Source: Candidatus Latescibacterota bacterium
GTDB lineage: Bacteria; Latescibacterota; UBA2968; UBA8231
NCBI GenBank assembly: GCA_965261395.1
Contig: OZ253462.1
Span: 3,904,001-3,968,000, forward strand
Length of the DNA: 64,000 bases
Reading direction: 5' to 3'
Position numbers and translations under genes: made by a program. This document shows, in pieces, positions 40,961 through 49,974 of the stretch. How positions within the stretch are numbered: the stretch's first letter is position 1; each line of letters begins with the position of its first letter. The notes below the pieces were generated by a model that was given only the letters and a program-made list of their open reading frames with translations, had not been told where the DNA came from and searched no databases.

Positions 40961-42010
40961 TTACCAATCTCGGCGGCCGACGTACAGGCTCCGATTGGTC
41001 ATTGGGAGCGCGACGCGTTGCCCGCCCAATCGGTGCGATTCGATCATGCCCATCAACATCTCCTGGCTCCGGCGAGCGAGGTGAACCGGCCCCTTGGTCT
41101 CGCGGTCCGTATCAATCGCCTCTGCGATGTCCGCGATGCCCATCACTGTTCCGGTGGTGCGGGGTACGTCTGGGAACGGTACCTCTTCAAAGAAGATGTG
41201 ACTCTTTTTGCGGAATTGGCATTCTCGGCTGTTGTTGAGGATGCGGATCTTCCCTTCGCTACCGCAGACCTCGAATTCGGGACCGGTGCCCGCCGTGTTA
41301 TAGCCGTGGACGCCATTGGCAAAACGGACGTAGCCACCGGTAATCGCCGGATCGACGTCCAGCCGATTGCCATCCCAATCCGAATCTCTACAGACGATGG
41401 TTCCCTGGACGAATTCGACTTCCGGGTCGCTGGCGAGGAAGAGCAGCATATCGGCGGCGTGCGTCAAGCCCCAGAGGGCCGAACTCGCGCCGTATTGTGC
41501 GATCGTGCACTGGATATTTCCGATTTCGCCGGCATCCACCAATTCGCGCACCTTGCGATAGACCGGCATATAGCGGCGTTGCGTACCGTAGTTGAATTTG
41601 ACCCCGTACCTTTGGACGACGGCGACCATCGCATCCGCTTCCTCCATCGAACAGCAGAGCGGCTTTTCGCAGTAGATGCCCTTGACGTCGTTCTCAGCGG
41701 CGAAGACCGTGATGTCCGCATGCGGTCCGGGTCGGGTGGCGATGCAGACGATGTCCGGCTTCTCCTTTTCAATCATCTGTCGATAGTCGGTGTAGGCGCG
41801 CTCGGCACCGTAGCGTTGCCGTATGGATTCCGCTTTCTCGGCGGCCACGTCCGCAACCGCGACGAGGTCGGTTCTGTCGCAGGCGACAGCGGCTGCGGCG
41901 TGCGAGAACGGTTGCCACAGATAGCTATCTGGACGGCCTTCGACTTCGTCGTCAATTGTCGCGCCCATCCGTCCACATCCGATCAGGCAGGCTCTGTAGG
42001 TGCGCGGCAT
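40961..42010 (-). CDS. Gfo/Idh/MocA oxidoreductase
   Basis: LIGCGRMG, IYCEKPL, THAAD. Confidence 0.9.
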   Translation of the reverse strand: MPRTYRACLIGCGRMGATIDDEVEGRPDSYLWQPFSHAAAAVACDRTDLVAVADVAAEKAESIRQRYGAERAYTDYRQMIEKEKPDIVCIATRPGPHADITVFAAENDVKGIYCEKPLCCSMEEADAMVAVVQRYGVKFNYGTQRRYMPVYRKVRELVDAGEIGNIQCTIAQYGASSALWGLTHAADMLLFLASDPEVEFVQGTIVCRDSDWDGNRLDVDPAITGGYVRFANGVHGYNTAGTGPEFEVCGSEGKIRILNNSRECQFRKKSHIFFEEVPFPDVPRTTGTVMGIADIAEAIDTDRETKGPVHLARRSQEMLMGMIESHRLGGQRVALPMTNRSLYVGRRDW

Positions 42011-42023
42011 AATTTCTCCTTTA

Positions 42024-43481
42024 TCAACTACCGGTGTAGAGTTTTGAAAAGTAAGGCCTAAAACCAGCAGGGCCCGGGTACCCGTCCCAGTATTGGGCAT
42101 TGGCGGGCAGTTCGCCTTCGCCGCCGTTTCGGAGCCAAGCGATTAATCCGGAGTCCGTGCCGCGGCGTTCGAGTTCGTCAATTGCGGCGGCGTGCATTTG
42201 GGTGACGACCTCTGGATGCGCCTTCTCAACGCAATCCAACGAACCAAGTCGCGCCAAGCGCGAGTGTTCCGGCTTCGCGGCGACTTCGAGACTCCAGGTT
42301 TTGTCAAAGGCAGTAAAGAGGACGAAGTGCGGATTCTGCCTGGCTTGATTCCAGCGTTCGAGGCTCCCACCTGCCAATGCGAGCTGCCGTTCGCCAGCTT
42401 CACCGCGCCGGGCGGGGGTTAAAATATCATAGCCCTCAATGCCTTCCGGTTCCGTTGCGCCGAGGAGCGCGAGGATCGTGGAGAAGAAGTCTTGTGGTTG
42501 CACAATAACATCGCTCCGTCCGGTATCGCCATCTGGTATTCGGATGAAGAGCGGGACATGCGCTTCGGCCTCGCGCACCGGTTGCCCTTTGCCAAAAGTG
42601 CCGCGCTCACCGACGTTGGTGCCGTGGTCGCCGGTTAAGATGACTGCCGTGTTCCCGCCGAGCCCGGTGGATTCGAGCGCGTCCAAGAATTGCCCAAAAC
42701 AGTGGTCCATCCAGGTCAATTTCGCCGGGTATTGCGCTTTGATGTGTTCCTTCGCCTCGTCGGGGAGGTCTTTGTCGTTCCGCCCGCCGAAGAGGCTGCG
42801 CGGGTCAACGCGCCCATCGTAGTCCGGCCGCGCGTCGTACTTTTTCATAAACTCGAGCGGTGCATCCCACGGTTCGTGGGGATCGAAACAATCCACCCAG
42901 AGGAAGAAATTCTCGCGCTGCGCATTGTCTTTGAGGAATTGGGCCGCGCTCCTGAACAACTTTGCGCAGTTCCAATCCTCCGGTTTTTTGCGGTTGCGGT
43001 TCGCCCGGGCGTAGGTCTGGAGGGCCCCGTTTCTCGCGGCGTTTTCGCCGAGGCCTGCAAACATTGGTTGGTGGCACCAGTTGTCCGGCCAAGCCGCGGA
43101 ATCGTCGATCCAGTCGCGATCGACTTCAGCCCCACGGATGAACGTCCACGCGTGAAAGGGCCAATCGAAGTTGTGTCCGCCGTTGACCAGGTGTGGGGTA
43201 TCGTGGATCAGTTGCGTGGCATAGCCGCGTTCGGCCAGCGTCGAGGGGAGGGTCTGTCGTTCGTGTCGCAGCGGCTGCCACGGATGGAAGGGCCCCCCGT
43301 ACTGACCGGTTATCACATCAGTTCGGTACGGGATCGTTGGGAAGCTAGCGCAGAAGGCGCGGTCAAATGCCCATGCTTTCGATGCAAAACGGTCGATATT
43401 CGGCGTTTCGATCGAGGTATTGCCGTTTGCACCGATATAATCGTAGCGGAGGGTATCAATTACAATGAGCGCGATATTCAT
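42024..43481 (-). CDS. Sulfatase-like alkaline-phosphatase-superfamily hydrolase with TxPxR motif
   Basis: IVIDTLRYD, SFPTIPYR, FDPHEPW, GDHG. Confidence 0.85.
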   Translation of the reverse strand: MNIALIVIDTLRYDYIGANGNTSIETPNIDRFASKAWAFDRAFCASFPTIPYRTDVITGQYGGPFHPWQPLRHERQTLPSTLAERGYATQLIHDTPHLVNGGHNFDWPFHAWTFIRGAEVDRDWIDDSAAWPDNWCHQPMFAGLGENAARNGALQTYARANRNRKKPEDWNCAKLFRSAAQFLKDNAQRENFFLWVDCFDPHEPWDAPLEFMKKYDARPDYDGRVDPRSLFGGRNDKDLPDEAKEHIKAQYPAKLTWMDHCFGQFLDALESTGLGGNTAVILTGDHGTNVGERGTFGKGQPVREAEAHVPLFIRIPDGDTGRSDVIVQPQDFFSTILALLGATEPEGIEGYDILTPARRGEAGERQLALAGGSLERWNQARQNPHFVLFTAFDKTWSLEVAAKPEHSRLARLGSLDCVEKAHPEVVTQMHAAAIDELERRGTDSGLIAWLRNGGEGELPANAQYWDGYPGPAGFRPYFSKLYTGS

Positions 43482-43550
43482 TTTTTTCAGCTTCGTTTCT
43501 GAGTCGCGTCGCGTGCTGCGGAAGGTATGGAACGGTATGCGCCACCTGCC

Positions 43551-44537
43551 TCAGGTGCGCGGCCACGGAGTGGCGATGGAGAATTCCTTTGCCACTTCCT
43601 CAAGCCCCTCGACCGCTTGCGCCGAAATCGGCACGCCATCCCTGCGGTACTCGGTTTCTCGCTCCAGTTCCTTGCCGCCGGGCAGGAAGGACTCGCTGAA
43701 GCTGGGCAGTGGCTTCATGCGACTGGTCTCGTCCATCAGGTGATCCACGTCGGCCTTGAAGGCATCGAGATCGGAAAAACAGTTCACATCCATGGCGAGG
43801 AAGAAGCCCGATTGATCTGCGCCTGTAAACTCGACGTTGCCCCGCGAAAACTCCGTTAGCATCTGCCCCCCCAGCGTACCCGACAGGATATTGCCCACGT
43901 GCGAAATGCCGATGGCCTTGATGAAAACCGGCGGGTACTTCAGGAAGGTCTCGTCGTCGATTGCGTAGTGACTGGCGAAGTCGAGCAGGAAGGTTGGTTT
44001 GCCCGCTCTGCCCGGCATGCCGAAGGCCAAAGGCGGGCTGCCTTGGATGGAACCCCGGATCGTCGAATCGCGATCGTAGTGATCGGCGGCATTGCGACCG
44101 GAAGTGGAGATGCCGATCAGGTCTGCGCGCATGGCCATGCGCGCGTAGTTGCCGGTGCTGCCAAGATGAGCGTGGTAGGTTGAGGTGACCGCGCCGATCC
44201 CAACTTCCTGGGCTTTGGAGATAGCTATTTCCATGGCCTTGGTGGCGACGAGGTAGCCCAAGCCGCCGTCGCCGGAGAGAGCGGCGGTGGTCGGTCCTTC
44301 TTTGAGCACGCGGATTTGCGGGTTCGGGTTGACGGTGCCGTCTTGGAATGAGCGGACGTAGCGATTGACTTGGAGGGTGCCGTGGCTGACGACGCCGCGC
44401 AGATCGCATTCGACCAGTTTGCCGGCGATGAGCCGAGCGTGATCTTCCGGGATCGGCACTGCCTTGAAAATATCGACGACCAGTTGCTCAAGGTCGGTGA
44501 CGGCGACGCGGATGCCGTCGGTAGGGGGGACGTTCAT
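43551..44537 (-). CDS. Ldh_2-family (malate/lactate/ureidoglycolate) dehydrogenase
   Basis: DLRGVVSHG, GDGGLG, HLG..GNYA, LPG..E. Confidence 0.88.
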   Translation of the reverse strand: MNVPPTDGIRVAVTDLEQLVVDIFKAVPIPEDHARLIAGKLVECDLRGVVSHGTLQVNRYVRSFQDGTVNPNPQIRVLKEGPTTAALSGDGGLGYLVATKAMEIAISKAQEVGIGAVTSTYHAHLGSTGNYARMAMRADLIGISTSGRNAADHYDRDSTIRGSIQGSPPLAFGMPGRAGKPTFLLDFASHYAIDDETFLKYPPVFIKAIGISHVGNILSGTLGGQMLTEFSRGNVEFTGADQSGFFLAMDVNCFSDLDAFKADVDHLMDETSRMKPLPSFSESFLPGGKELERETEYRRDGVPISAQAVEGLEEVAKEFSIATPWPRT

Positions 44538-44749
44538 AAGTGAGTTCCTTTCTCAATGAATATCTTCACGCATCCGGTCAATTTAGCCGATATACCCTGA
44601 ACGGGAAGGCGCGCCGCAGCGCCGTATTGAAATGGCTCTCCCGAGCAGTGGAGTGTGCAAACTTTGGCGAGGACTCTTTGCCGCACTAAGTTTTACGCCA
44701 GCCTTGTGTCCTTGCAACCTGTCCCAATCACTTTCGAGAAAGGTTCTAT

Positions 44750-46225
44750 ATGAAACGCATCCTTTTAGCCAAATTCAACCACGAAGTCGGCAGCTTTAAC
44801 CCCCAGCGCACCTATTATAGCGACTTCTCGATCCACCGGGGGCCAGACCTGCTAGCAGCCGTCCGCTCGTCCAATTCCACGCTGGCTGGCAATATCGACG
44901 TTCTCGAAGCCCGTCCCGACATCGAACTGGTCCCTACGTACGGGGCTTGGTGCAATACCACCGGCGGCTTGGTCGCCGATCCCGATATGGAGCGCCTCAT
45001 CGGCGAATTGTTGGCCGCCATCGAGGCCCACGCCCCGGCTGACGCGGTTTGTCTTTCCCTGCACGGGGCCATGGCCGGCGAAACCGAAGTTGATCCCGAA
45101 GGCCGCGTCGCGTCCGGCATTCGGGACATCGTCGGGGATGTGCCTATTGTCGCGGCGATGGACTTGCACGCGGTCATTTCGCAACGGCTGGTTGATGCAG
45201 CCGACGCCTTGGTCTTTCTCCACACCTATCCGCACACGGATATGCGCGACACTGGCCAGCGCGCGGCCCGCTTGCTATTGCGCCAATTGGACGGGCATGT
45301 CAAGCCCACCACGGCCCGCGTGCCCATCCCGTTATTGGCTCGCGGCGACGAACTCATCACCGCTAGCGGCTGCTTTGGCCAAGCCATCCGCCGCTGCCAA
45401 GAAATTGAGGCGTCTCTAGGCGGTCTGGCCGCTGGCGTCGTTATTGGCAACCCCTTTACCGACGTGCCCGATCTGCAGTCCAACGCGTTGGTCACCACCG
45501 ACGACGACCCCGCCCGAGCTGAAGAGCTGGCTCTGGAACTAGCCAGATTCATGTGGGAAAACCGCCCCTACTGGATCCCCAAACTCACCCCCCTCGAACA
45601 AGCCGTGCGTCTGGCCGAAGAGACCGAGGGCCTCACAGTGTTCTCCGACGCTGCGGATTCTACGGCCTCGGGCGCCTCCGGCGACAGCAACGCCATTCTC
45701 AAGGGCTTGCTCCAATACAACTACAGCAAGCGCGCGCTCATACCCATAGTGGATGCTTCTGCGGTGGAAGCCGCCTATCGGGCCGGGGTAGGGGGTCGGT
45801 TCACTTGGCCCTTGGGCGGCACTCTCGACTCGGAGCGCTTTGCGCCGGTGGAATTGCCCCTGTACGTCAAAAGCCTGTCCGACGGGGCCTTCACCACCGA
45901 ATACGGCTATGTAGTGCCACCTAGCCGCACCGCCATTTTGACCAGCGGCAAGCTCACGCTGCTGGTGACCCAAGAGGCAGCCCCCATCGTCGGACGCAAG
46001 GTGTACCAGAGCCAAGGGCACGATCCGGCCGATTACGATTTGGTCGTGTGCAAGTCGCCCAATGGTTTCCGCACTCACTACCAGGCCATAGCCGCCCGCA
46101 TTGTTGCTGTCGATGTGCCTGGGTCCACCAGCGCCAACCTCAAAACCTTGCCTTACCAGCACTGTGTGCGCCCCATTTTCCCGCTGGACGACGGGGTGGT
46201 GCCGCCTTTTGCTGAGGCCGAATGA
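44750..46225 (+). CDS. M81-family metallopeptidase (MlrC-like)
   Basis: HEVGSF, LHGAM, DLHA, YPHTD, D..SGASGD, VCKS...R. Confidence 0.9.
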   Translation: MKRILLAKFNHEVGSFNPQRTYYSDFSIHRGPDLLAAVRSSNSTLAGNIDVLEARPDIELVPTYGAWCNTTGGLVADPDMERLIGELLAAIEAHAPADAVCLSLHGAMAGETEVDPEGRVASGIRDIVGDVPIVAAMDLHAVISQRLVDAADALVFLHTYPHTDMRDTGQRAARLLLRQLDGHVKPTTARVPIPLLARGDELITASGCFGQAIRRCQEIEASLGGLAAGVVIGNPFTDVPDLQSNALVTTDDDPARAEELALELARFMWENRPYWIPKLTPLEQAVRLAEETEGLTVFSDAADSTASGASGDSNAILKGLLQYNYSKRALIPIVDASAVEAAYRAGVGGRFTWPLGGTLDSERFAPVELPLYVKSLSDGAFTTEYGYVVPPSRTAILTSGKLTLLVTQEAAPIVGRKVYQSQGHDPADYDLVVCKSPNGFRTHYQAIAARIVAVDVPGSTSANLKTLPYQHCVRPIFPLDDGVVPPFAEAE

Positions 46226-46241
46226 TCGGAAGGATTCCTCC

Positions 46242-46859
46242 GTGCATATCGAAGCTCTCTTCACGCCAGCGCAACAAGCCCTTGTCGCTGGCTTGCACAG
46301 ACGCGACCAGCAGGAGCGCCAGGCTGGCTCCACCGACCCGTTGCGCCTCCGGGCCGTTAGTCCCGAAGTGGCCCATTATCTCTGTCTGACCGCGATCCAC
46401 CAACAGGCCCAGACCTTGGTCGAATTCGGGACTTCGCACGGCTATTCCACCTTGCATCTCGCTGCCGCGGCTCAGCGCACTGGGGGCCGCGTATATAGTT
46501 TGGATCGGATGCCAGAAAAAACAAAGGCGGCCCAAGCCAATTTGCGTCAAGCTGGCCTGGACCACCTAGTGGAATGCTACACTGGGGAGGGGGATGCCTT
46601 TATCGCGGCTCTCCCCGAGCGCGTGAATTTTGTCTTTGTAGATTTTGGCCTGCCCGCTTTTGCGCCCATGTTCACCATGCTGGAAAGCAGTCTGGTGCGA
46701 GGGGCGTTCCTCTTTGTCGATGGCTGGTCCAAAGTCGAACAATGGGATCAGAATCCGGAGTGGGCCGCCTTTAGAAGCCGCTTAGACGAGACTGACGATT
46801 ACCTGACCTACATCCTGCCGCTGGAAAAGTCGCACCTCATTGCCGTTAAGCTGGCCTGA
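46242..46859 (+). CDS. Class I SAM-dependent O-methyltransferase
   Basis: VEFGTSHGYST motif. Confidence 0.85.
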   Translation: MHIEALFTPAQQALVAGLHRRDQQERQAGSTDPLRLRAVSPEVAHYLCLTAIHQQAQTLVEFGTSHGYSTLHLAAAAQRTGGRVYSLDRMPEKTKAAQANLRQAGLDHLVECYTGEGDAFIAALPERVNFVFVDFGLPAFAPMFTMLESSLVRGAFLFVDGWSKVEQWDQNPEWAAFRSRLDETDDYLTYILPLEKSHLIAVKLA

Positions 46860-46891
46860 ACACCAGAGCGTTTGACGAGTGTCGGTGCATT

Positions 46892-46916
46892 CGTCATTTT
46901 TACGGTAAATTTGACG
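46892..46916. promoter_or_regulatory. Palindromic operator-like site upstream of the second AAA_14 gene
   Basis: CGTCATTTTTAC-G-GTAAATTTGACG (10/12 arms), 11 nt before ATG 46928. Confidence 0.5.
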
Positions 46917-46927
46917 GAATCAACGAC

Positions 46928-47252
46928 ATGTACCCTCGAATACTGGAATTGCCCGAGAAGAGCTTTTTCCTGTTCGGCCCACGGGGAACGGGAAAATCCG
47001 TGTGGCTGGAGCAACGGCTCAGCCAAGTGGCCTTGACCATCAACTTGCTGAGGTCCGGTGAAGATCTCCGATTATAAACGCGACCCGTCCCTTCTGGCTC
47101 GAGAAGTGGCAGCACTTAGAAACAAAAACGCTTGGATTATCATCGACGAGATACAGAAGCTCCCGGAATTGCTTGATGAGGTTCACGCGCTCCTATTCGA
47201 GAGCCGAGGTGATTATCGGTTTGCGCTGTCGGGTTCGAGTGCTAGAAAGCTG
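46928..47252 (+). pseudogene. AAA_14/DUF4143 ATPase, N-terminal fragment (frameshift near 47068)
   Basis: MYPRILELPEKSFFLFGPRGTGKS...IIDEIQKLPELLDEVH...LSGSSARKL, then abruptly unrelated sequence. Confidence 0.85.
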
Positions 47253-47317
47253 TGTCAGGGCCCGATTCCTATTCGAGAAGTCTGTCGGGCCTCCTCATCT
47301 TTCTCAAGGAGGCTCTC

Positions 47318-48328
47318 ATGTCCCGCCTTTTCGTAATATTTCTCGCCGTAGTCCCTTCTCTGATAGCTTGCACCAAAGAGAAAATCGTGTACGTCGAGGT
47401 GCCTGTTGAGGTACCGGCTTCGCCACAACCCGTAGTACCGCCTGCACAAACCCCACCTGATCCACCGCCTGTACTTAGTCAATGGGAACGCGAGCGGTTA
47501 GCCAGTATGAAAGAAGACGGCAAGCTGCTGATGGAATTCTATCGCCTTACCGAGGGCGATGGCTGGAGAGAAAAAGACAACTGGGGTAGTTCAGACTGGG
47601 ATCTGACGACTTGGTATGGTGTTTCTTACAGCCAACACAGCTATCGTGCATTCGATAAGCGCGGCTGGGGGGTTTATGGCTTGTACTTGTCGATGAATTG
47701 GTTGAAAGGACAACTACCGGACTTTATCTGGGAATTTAGAGGACTGAAATTCTTGAATCTAAGAGCCAATCATTTATCGGGTCCTATCCCCAGACAGCTT
47801 AGCTGGATGAAGCACCTTGAACAGGTCAACCTTATGGATAACCAGCTAACCGGTTCCATTCCCGATCTATCTGAAAGCCGATTCTTGAACGACCTATCGC
47901 TATGGGACAATCAGTTATCTGGACCACTACCGGCTTGGCTAGGTGAGAACCGATCTATTGGACGCCTATGGTTGGGAAAAAATCAGTTCAGCGGCTCCCT
48001 TGAAACCTCAATGTTGCCCCAAAATATTCGCAATCTCACCTTGGACAACAACCAGCTTTCAGGAGCGCTACCGGTGGATCTTTTGGATAAGCGACCCGAT
48101 TTAGCTGTTTTGCGGCTACACAACAATCAGTTTACCGGATCGATACCTGCTCAGTGGACAAAAGCAGTAACACGAACAGAGGGTAGTCTTTGCCCACAAA
48201 CAGCTCGTTTCTCTTGCCTAAAAGAATTGACCCTATCGGGCAATAAACTGACCGGCTGTATTCCATCCGGCCTATTTAGGTTGCAAAAGCACGATCTCGA
48301 TCAGATTAACTTACCCCAATGTCCATAG
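47318..48328 (+). CDS. Leucine-rich-repeat lipoprotein (plant-type LRRs)
   Basis: Lipobox LIA-C, Pro-rich linker, N-cap FY..TEG..W...NW...WYGV, repeats LxLxxNxLSGxIP. Lower GC. Confidence 0.9.
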   Translation: MSRLFVIFLAVVPSLIACTKEKIVYVEVPVEVPASPQPVVPPAQTPPDPPPVLSQWERERLASMKEDGKLLMEFYRLTEGDGWREKDNWGSSDWDLTTWYGVSYSQHSYRAFDKRGWGVYGLYLSMNWLKGQLPDFIWEFRGLKFLNLRANHLSGPIPRQLSWMKHLEQVNLMDNQLTGSIPDLSESRFLNDLSLWDNQLSGPLPAWLGENRSIGRLWLGKNQFSGSLETSMLPQNIRNLTLDNNQLSGALPVDLLDKRPDLAVLRLHNNQFTGSIPAQWTKAVTRTEGSLCPQTARFSCLKELTLSGNKLTGCIPSGLFRLQKHDLDQINLPQCP

Positions 48329-48364
48329 AAGAGTACACACCTACAACCCGAGGAGGAACCTCAA

Positions 48365-48457
48365 ATGACAGAATCCGTCTTCTTTTTTCTCGTAGCCGTA
48401 GGAGGTATCGGCTGGGCTATTAGGAAAGCCCGAAACGCACGGAACAGGTGGAGATGA
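48365..48457 (+). CDS. 30-aa single-TM peptide
   Basis: RBS GAGGAGG; MTESVFFFLVAVGGIGWAIRKARNARNRWR*; ATGA overlap with the next ORF. Confidence 0.55.
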   Translation: MTESVFFFLVAVGGIGWAIRKARNARNRWR

Positions 48458-48693
48458 GTGAGGAACCTTTAGAGCAAAAGCTGGAGGAACTGGAAGAAAT
48501 TACTCAAGCTCTACTCACGAAGACAACTGCATTTCAGGCGGTAATTACCTGCCTTCTGCGCCTTTCTCCTCTGCTCAATACTCGCAGAGAGCTTCTCACA
48601 GAGCTCGAAAAGCGATTCAAAGTAACCCTTGCCAGTAACCCCGAAATCCGGGCTGAGATTCGATTGATTCTCTCTGAGTTTTTCGACAGTTGA
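48454..48693 (+). CDS. Small helical hypothetical protein
   Basis: MSEEPLEQKLEELEEITQALL..., coupled to the upstream peptide. Confidence 0.55.
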   Translation: MSEEPLEQKLEELEEITQALLTKTTAFQAVITCLLRLSPLLNTRRELLTELEKRFKVTLASNPEIRAEIRLILSEFFDS

Positions 48694-48709
48694 GTTATTC
48701 ATATTTTCT

Positions 48710-49064
48710 CCTTGGCAAGTTTGAAACCTTTATTCTCAATGAATTCAGGGCGCTCAATTCATGGCGGTCTCACGGGGCGCAGTTTTTCTACTGGCGCACG
48801 GAATCCGGCAACGAGGTGGATCTTATATGGAAAAGAGGCCGACAGGCGGTCGGCTTTGAAATAAAATGTTCCACGAACTGGAGAGAAAACTTCAACAAAA
48901 GGCTAAATGTCTTACTGCAATCCGGCGATATCCAACGAGCTTTCGGCGTGTATCGGGGTACGCGAGTGCTGAAGGTTGGTGAGGTAACTGTTCTGCCGTA
49001 CAAAATGGCCGTTGAAATGGCTGCGGAGGGGAGCTTCATTGCGGCTGGGGAGCAATCCAAGTAG
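48710..49064 (+). pseudogene. AAA_14/DUF4143 ATPase, C-terminal fragment
   Basis: FETFILNEFRALNSW...FYWRTESGNEVDLI...GFEIK aligns by eye with the C-terminus of 23353-24504. Confidence 0.85.
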
Positions 49065-49203
49065 GCTCCACGACTCGTTGCGCCTCAAGGCCGTCAGCCC
49101 TCGGCCCACAAGCTGGCGGCCGGACGCGCCTGCTGATGCGCCTGTGCAGCAGCGCGAGAGGATATTGACCAGAGGCTGCTGACTTATTACATAATTGCAC
49201 GGT

Positions 49204-49921
49204 ACTGACCACTAATCCAGCACGGGAATTTTGAGAACGCTCACGACCTAAATTTTTTAGCTTTTTCTTAGCTGATTGACCAAGGGACGACCATTATGAC
49301 CGAGACGATCACGACGGCGGCGACTCCGCAGGCTGCGCTCGACGCGCTGCTGTGCGACCTCCTGCCGCGTCAAGGCTGCTGGAGCGACGAGGAATACCTG
49401 TGGCTGACAGATCACACCAATCGCCTGATCGAATTCACCGATGGCCACATCGAAGAGTTGCCCATGCCGACCGACACCCATCAAGCTATCCTCGCATTCT
49501 TCTATGACTTGTTCTGCGACTATATCCGGCCGCGGGGTATTGTGAGGTTCGCGTCCCTGCGGCTGCGCATCCGCGAAGGCAAATTTCGCGAGCCGGATCT
49601 GCTGCTGCTGCGCGACCGCTCGGACCCTCGCCGCCAAGATCGCTTCTGGCTGGGCGCGGATCTAGTCGTCGAGGTGGTCAGCGCGGACTGTCCGCAGCGG
49701 GATTTGGTCGCCAAGCGCACTGACTACGCGGAAGCCGGCATTCCTGAGTACTGGATCGCCGATCCCCGCAACGCGACGATCCGGGTGCTCGTGCTCGAAA
49801 GCGAGACGTATGTCGAGCACGGAGTGTTTGCCCGCGGCGATACAGCCACGTCGCGGTTGCTCGATGGCCTTAGTGTGGATGTGGATGCGGTGTTCGACGC
49901 CCCGGAGAGTTAGTGGTCAGT
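49204..49921. repeat. 12-bp perfect inverted repeat flanking the Uma2 gene
   Basis: ACTGACCACTAA (49204-49215) and TTAGTGGTCAGT (49910-49921). Confidence 0.6.
49296..49913 (+). CDS. Uma2-family endonuclease
   Basis: IEFTDG...P...HQ...REPDL...LVVEVVS...D...K...YAEAGIPEYWIADP. Confidence 0.93.
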   Translation: MTETITTAATPQAALDALLCDLLPRQGCWSDEEYLWLTDHTNRLIEFTDGHIEELPMPTDTHQAILAFFYDLFCDYIRPRGIVRFASLRLRIREGKFREPDLLLLRDRSDPRRQDRFWLGADLVVEVVSADCPQRDLVAKRTDYAEAGIPEYWIADPRNATIRVLVLESETYVEHGVFARGDTATSRLLDGLSVDVDAVFDAPES

Positions 49922-49974
49922 GGTCAGTCCCCCGCACTGCGCCCTAGGGGCCAGGGAGACTGACTACGTTCTCA

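Noticed and set aside
40955-42061. 368-aa plus-strand ORF
   Set aside because: Antisense shadow of the Gfo/Idh/MocA gene. The same applies to 57958-58914 and 59550-60587.
47250-48690. TGTC...GACA ends as transposon termini of the LRR cassette
   Set aside because: Only about 4 matching bases and no target duplication, so chance cannot be excluded.
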